Positions 10,101-18,231 of a stretch of 48,691 bases of DNA are shown piece after piece. This stretch comes from Anaerolineae bacterium (lineage in GTDB: Bacteria; Chloroflexota; Anaerolineae; B4-G1; SLSP01). The position numbers were made by a program, and so were the translations under genes. Each line of letters begins with the position of its first letter. Within the stretch, counting starts at the first letter, position 1. The stretch is from the NCBI GenBank assembly GCA_016926915.1, contig JAFGNR010000083.1:1-48691 (forward strand), given 5' to 3'. The notes under the pieces are model-generated. The model ran no database searches and was not told the DNA's origin. It worked only from the letters and a program-made list of their open reading frames with translations.

Positions 10101-10511
10101 GCGGCCGCGGCCGGCGACTATGAAGGAATGTATGGCTTTCCAGAAGGCGCCCGAATTGCGCCGGGAGCCGTGGCTGTAGTGGCCGTAAGTGGAAGCATGA
10201 CCCCGGCAGCCGATTTCGAAATCGTCGACGATTCGGAAAAACCTGACATGGTCAAATTGACTTCGTGGGGGACCGGGAACTGGACCCTGGCCAACGGGGG
10301 GGATCAGATTCTGTTGTTGGGACCGGGATATGCCCCGATTGACGTCGTAGTTTGGGGCGCCGCCATGTTCCCGGGCGCCCTGCCCCACCCGGGCGTCTCC
10401 GTTTCCTCTGCTTCATTGGAACGTTACCCGCCGGACGCAGATACCGACAATTGCGCCACGGATTTCCGGGAACGGGCACTTCCCAACCCTGGCGAGTTAC
10501 CCATCCCCTGA
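7164..10511 (+). CDS. Secreted multidomain protein: three lamin-tail domains, a DUF11-like repeat and a phospholipase D/nuclease-like domain with two HKD-type motifs
   Basis: Signal-anchor N-terminus ILLLVGVGAALLPPSSSAPA. Three LTD-like segments: VVINEIAWMG..DEWLELHN, ILINAILFDG..DEAVQLVN and LLISEVYYAT..AEWVEILN. DUF11-like segment ADLVISKTGPVTATAGAAISYTITLLNAG. HKD motif 1 is HAKLVVVD(x6)SSQN (His codon 9081-9083). Variant motif 2 is HNKMALVW..GSIN (His codon 9765-9767). Confidence 0.8.
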   Translation: MPHTYLGISKQIASSILLLVGVGAALLPPSSSAPASTRVLHAAGNVVINEIAWMGTGAATSDEWLELHNTTTTAIGLDGWTVAAQDGIPTIHLSGSIPANGFFLLERTDDTTIANIPADQIYTGALANTGESLTLTDAEGAIIDTANADGGEWPAGDNSLRASMERINPRAGDVTTNWAANDGITRNGCDANGDAINGTPRAINSAVAAAGADLVISKTGPVTATAGAAISYTITLLNAGSLPATGNRVTDTLPLEVTFMESVPPPTAITGQNVMWTLAPLELAAIQQITLTVAVTPGIVGTFTNEATATTATPETDTANNHSAWAVTVGGSPPPDETILINAILFDGYQLNDPDEAVQLVNTSANPVPLNGWTLCKVTTSLSCRDLPAITLPAGQTVWLTRDAMAFRTSFGFDADYVLSPWLSSGLSNLGDEVILRDQNGQISDALVYGSGNTNIAGWSGEALQSYGNDVARAEGQILQRIPDEVRGLPLSDTNTQNDWMQNLTDPFRGRRAVFPGWDFVDPLFWTTKASASAELHIGILPDNGYEVIRQVLSTANSSIDIEAYEFNHGSLLNLLVAKAQQGVAVRLLLEGDQVGVGEHDDSWQQELYACQQLEAAGGQCYFMIHESGERIFNRYTHLHAKLVVVDNVWAIVSSQNFSNRGLPSDPKENGTCGSRGTIIATTSPASVARAAEIFALDCDAAHHNDILRWNTEGYTKYGLPTTTPDLGISDSVSYTVRFAEPFTTTGAIPHELFTAPEAALRQSDALLGLLSLAGAGDRVYVEQLYEHAVWGNSGNPAVEPNPRLESYISAARRGAQVRILLNGGYFDQEFLDLVDNRATLAYLQALARTENLDLEAALGNPTQYGIHNKMALVWIEGTGGFVHIGSINGSENSNKANREIALQVQNNAAFAYLEAMFQLDWNLSNPVLLPLLLHTYEIPDRLLISEVYYATSNTNAEWVEILNPTTVTFDLSGYWIGDAAAAGDYEGMYGFPEGARIAPGAVAVVAVSGSMTPAADFEIVDDSEKPDMVKLTSWGTGNWTLANGGDQILLLGPGYAPIDVVVWGAAMFPGALPHPGVSVSSASLERYPPDADTDNCATDFRERALPNPGELPIP

Positions 10512-11468
10512 GGTCTGGGCGGTGTCGCGCGCCTCGTCCATGGGATTGAACGGCGGCGGCGGCGCTGCACCCTGGTTGATATCCTGGCGAGCCAGAAATG
10601 TGCCAGCAAGTAACAAAATCCCCCCTAACCACTGCGCCCACGATAGGGTTTCTCCCAGGAGGACGCGCGCCAGAGCGAGACTGACCACCATTTCCAGCAA
10701 ACTGATGATCGCCGTTTGCACACCGCCCAAACGCTCCATGCTGAAGAACATCGCCAGTCGAGAGAAGGCCGTCGTCACGCCCAAGGTCACAATCGCCTGC
10801 CATCCCGGCATGCTAATCGGCTCGAACGGCGTATTACCGGCAAAGCGCGCGATTGTCACCGTGACGGCCATGCCGGTCAGAATGTAGAGGGTAGCAGAAC
10901 GCGCAGGGACATCGGCCAATACCCATTGTCCCATCACAATGTACCAACCGTTGATTGCAGCAGAAGCTACCATGAGCATGGCTCCGAGGTAACTCGAGGC
11001 ATCTGAAGAAGTCCAGGGCGCCGTGACCAGAGCTGCGCCCAACAGCGAGGCAGCAAGACGCAGAAGCGTGAGGCGTGTAATCGGTTGTCCGGACGCACCC
11101 AGAAAAATCACTACCCAAACCGCATACAGGGTGCTCAACAGAGAAGCCTGTGAGGCATCGATACGGCCCAACCCACTGTAGTAGAAAAGCGAACCAACGC
11201 CGTTGATGGCGCCGACCAGCAAACAGCTTATCAGGTCGCGCCATCCGAGTTTCAGAAGTCTCGGCCAGAACAACACGTAGACAAACAGCAGTAGAAGCGC
11301 CGCCACGACCGTACGGAATGCCGCCAACGTCATGGGCGCAACGGCAGCCTGATAGGCCAGCTTACCCAATATCGGCGCCCACCCGAGCAGAAATGAGCTT
11401 AACAACCCACTGTAGATGCCCAATGCCCGGGTGCGTTGCTCTTGAGTGGCTCTCTTCTCCTGGTGCAT
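10497..11468 (-). CDS. EamA/DMT-family transporter
   Basis: ORF track. About ten hydrophobic helices in two similar halves. The family call rests on overall pattern only. The 3' end overlaps the convergent LTD-PLD gene by 15 nt. Confidence 0.6.
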   Translation of the reverse strand: MHQEKRATQEQRTRALGIYSGLLSSFLLGWAPILGKLAYQAAVAPMTLAAFRTVVAALLLLFVYVLFWPRLLKLGWRDLISCLLVGAINGVGSLFYYSGLGRIDASQASLLSTLYAVWVVIFLGASGQPITRLTLLRLAASLLGAALVTAPWTSSDASSYLGAMLMVASAAINGWYIVMGQWVLADVPARSATLYILTGMAVTVTIARFAGNTPFEPISMPGWQAIVTLGVTTAFSRLAMFFSMERLGGVQTAIISLLEMVVSLALARVLLGETLSWAQWLGGILLLAGTFLARQDINQGAAPPPPFNPMDEARDTAQTSGDG

Positions 11469-11525
11469 ACACCTTTCCCCAAGCTAACCGGAGGCGCTCA
11501 GCGTTCGATTCGCTCGCATCAATCC

Positions 11526-12101
11526 ATGACCCGTGCTATACTTTCGCCCATGAGACGCCGTCAGAAAGTATTCTTACTGATCCTGGGCCTGGCTGATCTG
11601 ATCGTCATTACAGGACTGATCTGGGTCATCGCGCGTCCCCAGCCCCCTCTCCCCCCAAACTACAACCGGTTGGCTCCCTGTGAACAGTTGGTACTCGGAC
11701 AAGTACCGGGGCGGCTCTCGCCCGCCATAGCCTGGTCGCCCCAGCGGCTTGAAATGCGGTTAAGGGCAGTCTATGACAGCCCCACTGCCCCCCCGGAAAG
11801 CGCGCAACTCATTTGGACGGCTCTCGACAGCCTGGCAAAGGCCGCGCAAACGGGATGCACGATCCCCAACACACTCTCCATCGTCCTAGAGACAGAAAGC
11901 AGCTCTGGAGAAACTATCGCCCACACCGCGCAACTGCGGGGCGAAGACATCATAGACTGGCTCGACGGTGATATTGATGACGATACCCTCGCCCGGCAGG
12001 CAGCTTACCGCATAGTCACACAGGCAACACCTTCTGAACCTGCACCAAGCCCGACGCCGAATCCACAATCACGTAGGTCGGCGGGCCAAAGCGTCCCATA
12101 A
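11526..12101 (+). CDS. Hypothetical membrane-anchored protein
   Basis: It is the only long frame in 11469-12015. A single N-terminal TM (VFLLILGLADLIVITGLIWVIA) is followed by a Pro-rich stretch and a soluble domain. Start candidates are ATG 11526 or 11550; the ORF-track start at 11436 is probably too far upstream. The 3' end overlaps the convergent phosphoesterase gene. Confidence 0.45.
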   Translation: MTRAILSPMRRRQKVFLLILGLADLIVITGLIWVIARPQPPLPPNYNRLAPCEQLVLGQVPGRLSPAIAWSPQRLEMRLRAVYDSPTAPPESAQLIWTALDSLAKAAQTGCTIPNTLSIVLETESSSGETIAHTAQLRGEDIIDWLDGDIDDDTLARQAAYRIVTQATPSEPAPSPTPNPQSRRSAGQSVP

Positions 12102-12519
12102 GCTCGCCGGGGTTCACCAGCAAGGTACTCCCCACACGTTCGTGATGTTGTTGGTGATCGTGGCCGTAGCAAACCAGATCATACAAGTCTGCACGCGCTA
12201 ACGCGCGCGCGATCCGGGGATAATGCACGGCTGCGACCCGGTATCCGGCGAAGTCAATCTCGGCGAATTCGCCGTGCAGCGTTACACCTGCCAACTGGTG
12301 CGCGAGCTCGGTGATTAGCCACTTGTCGCCGTCGTTGTTGCCCCAAACCGTATGCACAGGCCCCGCGAACCCCTCAACCAGCGCTTTGAACGTAAAGGGC
12401 GCATTGAGGTCGCCACAGAAAACCAGGGCCTCTGCATTCAAATCGTTCATATCTGCCAACGCGCCCGAAAGCGCCTGAAGGTTGTCATGAATATCAGAAC
12501 AAATAGCGATCTTCACCAT
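12016..12519 (-). CDS. YfcE/MJ0936-family metallophosphoesterase
   Basis: Motifs DIHDN, GDLNAP, GNNDGD and YGHDHQ appear in the canonical order. The start MVKIAICSD at 12519 is preceded by GAGGAGG. The ORF-track start at 12546 lacks an SD. Confidence 0.8.
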   Translation of the reverse strand: MVKIAICSDIHDNLQALSGALADMNDLNAEALVFCGDLNAPFTFKALVEGFAGPVHTVWGNNDGDKWLITELAHQLAGVTLHGEFAEIDFAGYRVAAVHYPRIARALARADLYDLVCYGHDHQQHHERVGSTLLVNPGELMGRFGPPTYVIVDSASGLVQVQKVLPV

Positions 12520-12542
12520 GCCCTCCTCGTGAACATGGCAGC

Positions 12543-13331
12543 TCAAACAGCCGCAGCGGCGTTTACGGCCCCATCATCCCCCAGAGATAGCGCCGCCGCT
12601 ATCTCTGCCGGGGTATTGGTAATCAAGACATCGACGCCCCAACCGGCTAAACGAAGCGCCGCCTCGCCGTCGTCGACGGTCCAGACCACCACGCGGAGAC
12701 CACGGCGGTGTGCACGCCTCACAGAAGATCCGCTGACAAGGCTCCAGTGAGGATGTAGCGCCTCATGAGGGGTCACAGGCGCCATAAGGCGTGCACCGGG
12801 CGATAGGGGGCCGTAGAGAAGCCCACACGGCAATTGAGGGGCAAGTGTGCGCATCTGAAAAAGCGCGTAAGGCTTGAACGATGAAACCCACACTCGCTGT
12901 TCGAGTCCCATACGCCTTACCAGATCAGCAACAGCAGATTCGAGGGCGTTCCCCGAGGCCGCGGCTGCTTTCAATTCGATATTGACCAGCACCTGGTTAC
13001 CCACCTCATCCAGGACTTCTTCAAGCGTCGGAATTCGCGTCCCGGCAAAAGCAGGAGAGAAGTGAGCGCCGGCATCGAGTGCCTGGAGTACATCCAAAGG
13101 CAGCTCTCCCACACGGCCAGTCCCATCGGTAACGGCGTCGACAGTATCATTATGGATCACTACCGGCGCCCCATCTGCCGATAGGTGGACATCCAGCTCC
13201 ACTCCCTGGGCGCCGATTTCCACGGCGCGCCGGAACGCAGGAAGCGTGTTCTCAGGCGCCTCGCGGCAGGCGCCCCGGTGCGCGAAGATAAGCGGATGCC
13301 GATACCGCCAGAAATCAGGGAACCGGGCCAT
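12543..13331 (-). CDS. Glycerophosphodiester phosphodiesterase (GDPD family)
   Basis: LIFAHRGACREAPENTLPAFRRAVEIGAQGVELDVHLSADGAPVVIHNDTVD is the canonical GDPD N-terminal block. The gene starts 5 nt after the AAA ATPase stop. Confidence 0.85.
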   Translation of the reverse strand: MARFPDFWRYRHPLIFAHRGACREAPENTLPAFRRAVEIGAQGVELDVHLSADGAPVVIHNDTVDAVTDGTGRVGELPLDVLQALDAGAHFSPAFAGTRIPTLEEVLDEVGNQVLVNIELKAAAASGNALESAVADLVRRMGLEQRVWVSSFKPYALFQMRTLAPQLPCGLLYGPLSPGARLMAPVTPHEALHPHWSLVSGSSVRRAHRRGLRVVVWTVDDGEAALRLAGWGVDVLITNTPAEIAAALSLGDDGAVNAAAAV

Positions 13332-13336
13332 AATGA

Positions 13337-14632
13337 TTAGAGCTCCACGAAATAGGCTTGCGCAGCACGATCGATCAGTTCTTTGCTGAGCGAAGGCGGC
13401 ACATTGAGATACCGGGCGATATCGATGATCTGATCAAGCAAATCGCGCGGGTGGCAGGCGCGAGGGGCGCGGTGGGCTTTGATGTAATGCTCCTGGATCA
13501 GATAGGCCAGAGCGCGGTCATCCCAGGCAATCTTGCGTCCCTCACAAACACGCTTGAAAATCTCACGGAATCCATCCCAATCGGGGTCCCCCACCTCGAT
13601 CTTGTGCCGGATCCGGCGTAAAAAGGCCTCATCGACGAGATCTTTGGGCGCCAGATTCGTCGAGAAAACAATGAGCACCTCGAAAGGGATCTCGATTTTG
13701 CGTCCTGTGTGCAAGGTTAGAAAATCAATCCGCTTCTCCAGCGGAACGATCCACCGGTTCAACAAGTCCCTAGGCCGCACCTGTTGGCGACCGAAGTCGT
13801 CGATGAGCAAGATCCCGCCATTGGCCCGCATCTGAAAAGGCGACTCATAATACTTGTTGTCGATATCGTAAACCAGATCGAGACTTTCGAGCGTCAGCTC
13901 GCCGCCTACAACAATGAACGGGCGTCGGATATGCACCCAACGCATGTCCAGACCCCGGTGCCCGGCATCGCTGTCTTCCGAGACAATGTGGTTGACGTTG
14001 TCAAAGATCTTGATAATCTGTCCCTCGACCTCCACGGCATACGGCACGAAAATGTCCCCTTCCATGAGCAAGGATCCCACAGCCTCGGCGATTGAGGTCT
14101 TTCCGTTGCCCGGATGGCCGAACAGGAAGATCGAGCGTCCTGAGTTGACGGCCGGCCCCACCTGCTCGAACGTAGTCTCATTCAACACCAGGTGCGAGAG
14201 CGCGTGACGGAGATGGCGCTTATGCACGGTCACATCCTTCAACCCCTGGGCCCGCACCGAGGCGTTATACACGTCGAGAGGAACCGGCGCCGCATCAGCG
14301 TACTGGCTTCGTTCCTGAGCGTCACGCGCCATCTCACGCCCCCGGGCCGTCAAAACGTATTCGTAGGTTGCTTCCGAAAAGCCGCTCATCCCGGCCGCGC
14401 CGCGTACTTCACAGAGACGCTCACGCTTCAAAAACTCCAAGACTTGATTGATCACGCCGGCGAACGGCAACGCCATACGATTGGACAGCTCCCGTCCCGA
14501 CATATAGCTCTCGAAGTATAAAATCTTCAAAGCGAGCTCCGTCAGAAATCCCATGTTAAGTCCCGTTTCCTGCACGTTACGGGGCGCCGGGGGGAGATAT
14601 GCCGAACTTTTGACAGTCCCTGACTGCGCCAT
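13337..14632 (-). CDS. AAA+ family ATPase with an unassigned N-terminal ~150-aa domain
   Basis: Walker A GHPGNGKTS, Walker B ILLIDDFG, sensor-1 VFSTN and the Arg-rich RRIRHK are present. A GGAGG lies 7 nt upstream of ATG 14632. Confidence 0.8.
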   Translation of the reverse strand: MAQSGTVKSSAYLPPAPRNVQETGLNMGFLTELALKILYFESYMSGRELSNRMALPFAGVINQVLEFLKRERLCEVRGAAGMSGFSEATYEYVLTARGREMARDAQERSQYADAAPVPLDVYNASVRAQGLKDVTVHKRHLRHALSHLVLNETTFEQVGPAVNSGRSIFLFGHPGNGKTSIAEAVGSLLMEGDIFVPYAVEVEGQIIKIFDNVNHIVSEDSDAGHRGLDMRWVHIRRPFIVVGGELTLESLDLVYDIDNKYYESPFQMRANGGILLIDDFGRQQVRPRDLLNRWIVPLEKRIDFLTLHTGRKIEIPFEVLIVFSTNLAPKDLVDEAFLRRIRHKIEVGDPDWDGFREIFKRVCEGRKIAWDDRALAYLIQEHYIKAHRAPRACHPRDLLDQIIDIARYLNVPPSLSKELIDRAAQAYFVEL

Positions 14633-14664
14633 TCAATCGCCTCCGTCAGATATATAGTTACCGC

Positions 14665-14681
14665 ATGTCATTGTATGACAT
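14665..14681. promoter_or_regulatory. 17-bp perfect palindrome (candidate operator) upstream of the AAA ATPase operon
   Basis: ATGTCAT-TGT-ATGACAT lies 33-49 nt upstream of ATG 14632. On the minus strand it overlaps a TACAAT -10-like hexamer. Confidence 0.5.
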
Positions 14682-14737
14682 CCTTGAAAAAAGAGAAATC
14701 CCAGGTGTTTTGCTCTCCCCAGGCGCACAACACAACC

Positions 14738-15829
14738 CTAACGCCGTACAACAAAAGGGTCACGAGACAAAGAGGTCAACGTCTCACTGCCGCCAGGGGT
14801 CACCACCACGTCATCTTCGATACGCACCCCGCCCAGACCGGAAACATAAATGCCCGGCTCGACCGTGAACGTCATACCCGGCTCCAAGGGCGTCTGATTC
14901 CCAGCCACAATGTAGGGCGGTTCGTGCACTTCCAGACCCAATCCATGGCCGGTTCGGTGGTTGAATTCCGGACCATACCCGCCACGCACAATAAGATCAC
15001 GCGCCGCCCGATCGACATCCTCAGCCAACACCCCAGGGCCGGCGGCAGCCCGACCGGCGTGATTAGCGCGCATCACCAATGCCTGAATATCAACCAGGGG
15101 GCCGGCAGGTTCCCCAAACACCACCATTCGTGTGATATCGGAAGGGAATCCGTCCACATAGGCCCCCCAATCAACCACCACCCAATCTCCTTCCTCGAAA
15201 GGACGCGTCCCAGGAACGGCATGAGGATTGGCGCCATTCGGCCCTCCCACGACAATAGGTTCGAAAGCCAGTGTGTCGGCGCCGCCAGTCAGCAGCCGCG
15301 CCATCAGCCGGGCAGCGGCCTCTTTTTCCGTCATGCCGACGTGTAACTCATGCAGCCAATCGAGAAACGCCGTCTCGGCGACGGCAATGGCTTGGCGCAG
15401 AGCTGACAATTCTGCTGCGCCTTTACGTAGCCGCAGTTCGGCAAAGAGATCGTCGGCGGGGACCAATTCAGACCCAGCCGCATATCGTTGTAGAATGCGG
15501 GCCTCGAGAAGCCGCATACGCAATCCTTCAACGCCAATACGAGCATCTGCCAATTCCAGCGTCGCACAAGCCTCGTGAAACGCCATGGTATACCCTTCTT
15601 CATCCGTGTAGGGGAAAACCTCGATTTCACGGGCTTTTCCAGCTTCGAGCGCCGGCGCCACCAGCGCCGGAGGCTGATCCACCGGAAACAACCCCACGAT
15701 GGGACGTTCACTCATGTGAAACGAAAGGCCAGTGACAGCAAACAGGTTCGGACCCGGCAACAACGCAATGGCGTCGAGACCTTGCGCCTGGGCCAGAAGT
15801 AACATCTGTTCAATGCGTTTCGTATGCAT
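14738..15829 (-). CDS. M24-family Xaa-Pro peptidase
   Basis: HRTGHGLGLEVHEPPYI and FTVEPGIYVSGLGGVRIEDDVVVT are metal-ligand blocks of M24B peptidases. The start MHTKRIEQ at 15829 is preceded by GGAGGTGTAGG. The ORF-track start at 15883 is an upstream extension. Confidence 0.85.
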   Translation of the reverse strand: MHTKRIEQMLLLAQAQGLDAIALLPGPNLFAVTGLSFHMSERPIVGLFPVDQPPALVAPALEAGKAREIEVFPYTDEEGYTMAFHEACATLELADARIGVEGLRMRLLEARILQRYAAGSELVPADDLFAELRLRKGAAELSALRQAIAVAETAFLDWLHELHVGMTEKEAAARLMARLLTGGADTLAFEPIVVGGPNGANPHAVPGTRPFEEGDWVVVDWGAYVDGFPSDITRMVVFGEPAGPLVDIQALVMRANHAGRAAAGPGVLAEDVDRAARDLIVRGGYGPEFNHRTGHGLGLEVHEPPYIVAGNQTPLEPGMTFTVEPGIYVSGLGGVRIEDDVVVTPGGSETLTSLSRDPFVVRR

Positions 15830-15850
15830 CCTACACCTCCAAGACAGAAC

Positions 15851-16540
15851 ATGGTAAAATACCCTATCATTCACAGGAGACAAAGCTTGATCCTACAATT
15901 GCCGATAGGGATGCTGGACTCAAACACCTACCTCATCGTAGATGAGACCACCGGAGCGGGGGCCATCGTAGATCCCGGCGGAAAAACCGGACCGCTTTTC
16001 GCTGCGATCGAGAGCCATGAAGTCGAGGTCAAGTATCTCCTCAACACGCATGGCCATTTCGACCACGTGGCCGCAAACGCACACCTCAAGGCGCGCTTCC
16101 CTGTTCCCCTTGGCCTTCACGCGGCAGACGCATCACTGTTGAGTTCTGGCGGCGGCGCGACCTGGTTTGGATCAAGCGCCTCCCCCTCCCCGCCTCCTGA
16201 CCTGCTGCTGGAGAACCGGATGCGGCTGCCGCTGGGAGCGCTGGAGATCGTGGTCATCCATGCACCAGGACACACACCGGGAAGCGTATGTTTCTACATC
16301 CCCCAAGAAAACGCGCTCCTGACCGGCGACACCCTTTTCAAGGGCAGCGTCGGCAGAACCGATCTTCCTGGAGGGAATACGCGCCAGCTCACCGAGAGCT
16401 TGCGCGCCCTGCAAGAGCTCCCCCCAGATACTCAGATCTATCCTGGCCACGGGGCGGCCACGACCCTGCGCGCGGAGCTGCGTTACAATCCATGGCTCCG
16501 GCGGCTACGCCCCCAATCTACCACGAACGACGCGAGATAG
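15851..16540 (+). CDS. MBL-fold metallo-hydrolase (hydroxyacylglutathione hydrolase-like)
   Basis: The THGHFDHV (HxHxDH) motif is present, plus downstream PGHTPGS and GHG. The start is uncertain: ATG 15851, or TTG 15887, which follows AGGAGA at good spacing. Confidence 0.8.
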   Translation: MVKYPIIHRRQSLILQLPIGMLDSNTYLIVDETTGAGAIVDPGGKTGPLFAAIESHEVEVKYLLNTHGHFDHVAANAHLKARFPVPLGLHAADASLLSSGGGATWFGSSASPSPPPDLLLENRMRLPLGALEIVVIHAPGHTPGSVCFYIPQENALLTGDTLFKGSVGRTDLPGGNTRQLTESLRALQELPPDTQIYPGHGAATTLRAELRYNPWLRRLRPQSTTNDAR

Positions 16541-16542
16541 CA

Positions 16543-16577
16543 ACTGCCCCCCCTACCCAAATGAGATAGAGGGGGCA
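16543..16577. terminator. GC-rich hairpin between convergent genes (possible bidirectional terminator)
   Basis: CTGCCCCC (16543-16550) pairs with GGGGGCAG (16570-16577). There is no clear U-tract on either strand. Confidence 0.35.
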
Positions 16578-16594
16578 GCAACATCATAGGCGAC

Positions 16595-16795
16595 TCACCC
16601 GGAGATCGAACGCAGTACGCCCAAAACACCCAAACTCAGCTTCAGAGCGTCGCCGGCAGAAGGTGCAGGCACGTGCTCTTTACCCTCTTCGTCCGTCTGT
16701 ACAGGGACCGAATTGAAGTAAAGCCATCCGGCCAGCACACCCAGAAGCGCGCCCAACACACCGCCAATCAACAGCACACGGGTCTTTACATTCAC
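16595..16795 (-). CDS. Small hypothetical membrane protein (about 66 aa)
   Basis: One TM (VLLIGGVLGALLGVLAGWLYF). A GTG at 16795 lies 5-6 nt after GGAGGAGG. The ORF-track TTG start at 16810 lies inside that SD. Confidence 0.45.
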   Translation of the reverse strand: MNVKTRVLLIGGVLGALLGVLAGWLYFNSVPVQTDEEGKEHVPAPSAGDALKLSLGVLGVLRSISG

Positions 16796-16942
16796 GACAA
16801 CCTCCTCCAAAAGTAGACTGGATTACAGGATTCACGAATCGAGAACTGACTACTGAAAAACGTTACCTGACCGCAGCGTGCGTCAATGACCATAAGGTCT
16901 TGTGACCGTTAGCAAAGAACACAAAGGTAAGATTGAGATTCT

Positions 16943-17257
16943 TCAAGAGCTGTTCTCCACACGCAGGCGACCCATAGGGCGCTTGTGGGTGAACCGGCGC
17001 AGGATAGTCTCAATCATGCGCACGCGAGCGTGAAACCAAATGAACGGCGCCGCCACCTTTCGTGAGTATTCCTCTACCCATTCACGCGCCATTTCCGCAT
17101 ACGAGAATGCCAGACGCAAATACTCACGGACGAGACCGCGGAGACGGTAGATGCCGTAGGCCAAGCCGGCCAACAGAGCCAGCGGAATCACCGCCATAAC
17201 CATAGCTTCCAGACTCAGAAAAATCAGCGCAATATCTCGCGGGTTCGCCCAGACCAT
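16943..17257 (-). CDS. Small hypothetical membrane protein (about 104 aa)
   Basis: The ATG at 17257 is preceded by GGAGG at 7 nt. A TM segment (IALIFLSLEAMVMAVIPLALLAGLAYGIY) is followed by a basic helical tail. Confidence 0.45.
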   Translation of the reverse strand: MVWANPRDIALIFLSLEAMVMAVIPLALLAGLAYGIYRLRGLVREYLRLAFSYAEMAREWVEEYSRKVAAPFIWFHARVRMIETILRRFTHKRPMGRLRVENSS

Positions 17258-17371
17258 TCTGTCGCCTCCGTAATGAACTTCGCCCAAGTACAACACATAC
17301 GAAACCGGTCACCTATCACCAAAGTGCCACACATTCATTCACAGTATACAACGAGAATCGAAAACAGACCA

Positions 17372-17755
17372 TCAAAGGTCAATACCAAGACGAAGCGCCA
17401 AAGGGGGGCCGAACAACAGCAGACCGACAACGACGGCGATGAGCGCCGAAAGCAAGACGGCCCCAGCAGCCAGGTCCTTGACGCGTTTTGCCAGGGGATG
17501 ATAATCCGGACTGGCCAAATCCACCAGCGTCTCCGCCGCCGTATTGAACATCTCGGCAATCAACACCCGGCCAATGGTCAGCGTCAAGAGCGACCACTGT
17601 TCTCGCGACAACCCCACCCAGAAGCCCAGAACGATGACCGACGCCGTGAATCCCAGGTGAATGCGGAAATTCCGCTGTGTGCGGACGACATCCCATACCC
17701 CTTCCACGGCAAAACGGAAACTTGCCAGGAGACTTGGCGGCTTCTCAGGTATCAT
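17372..17755 (-). CDS. dgkA: Diacylglycerol kinase family protein
   Basis: FRFAVEGVWDVVRTQRNFRIH...AEMFNTAAETLVDL...AKDLAAGAVLL is the DgkA pattern with three TM segments. An ATGA overlap joins it to the ybeY stop (17752-17755). Confidence 0.85.
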   Translation of the reverse strand: MIPEKPPSLLASFRFAVEGVWDVVRTQRNFRIHLGFTASVIVLGFWVGLSREQWSLLTLTIGRVLIAEMFNTAAETLVDLASPDYHPLAKRVKDLAAGAVLLSALIAVVVGLLLFGPPLALRLGIDL

Positions 17756-18231
17756 TCAGGAAGCGGCGCCTTGATGTTCAAGAGCTCCAGGATTTCCGCC
17801 TGCACGGCCCACATCCGCGCTTTTTCGCCCGGCTCGCCATGATCATACCCCAGGAGATGCAGCGTACCGTGCACGATCAACAGCTGGACTTCTTCGACAA
17901 CGGTACAGCTCACTTCCCGGGCCTGGGACGTGGCCCGAGGCAGTGAAATGACAATGTCCCCAAGATAACGGGGAAACCCGCCGCCGCCGCTGGCAAAAGG
18001 CCCGCGTGTGTCTTCTGGAAATGACAGCACATCGGTGGGGTGATCGATGCCCAAGAAACGCCGGTTCAAATCACGCAGCGCCTCGTCTCCGGCGATGACA
18101 ATGGTCATCTCGATAGCCTCAGCGATGTGCTGATGCTTCAAAACCACCAACGCGGCCAGGCGCAGCAGTTTTTCGTCGATGCCCTCCAGGGGCACTTCTG
18201 TCTGGATCTCGATCGTATGCGGAATAGTCAC
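17752..18231 (-). CDS. ybeY: rRNA maturation endoribonuclease YbeY
   Basis: Zinc motif HGTLHLLGYDH. The GTG start overlaps the upstream stop as GTGA (18228-18231). Confidence 0.9.
   Translation of the reverse strand: MTIPHTIEIQTEVPLEGIDEKLLRLAALVVLKHQHIAEAIEMTIVIAGDEALRDLNRRFLGIDHPTDVLSFPEDTRGPFASGGGGFPRYLGDIVISLPRATSQAREVSCTVVEEVQLLIVHGTLHLLGYDHGEPGEKARMWAVQAEILELLNIKAPLPE

Noticed and set aside
11537-11552. Leaderless mRNA for the hypothetical gene (TATACT 7 nt upstream of ATG 11550)
   Set aside because: The geometry fits, but there is no credible -35 or extended -10. The gene itself is uncertain, and an in-frame ATG at 11526 is equally possible. This is too weak to claim.
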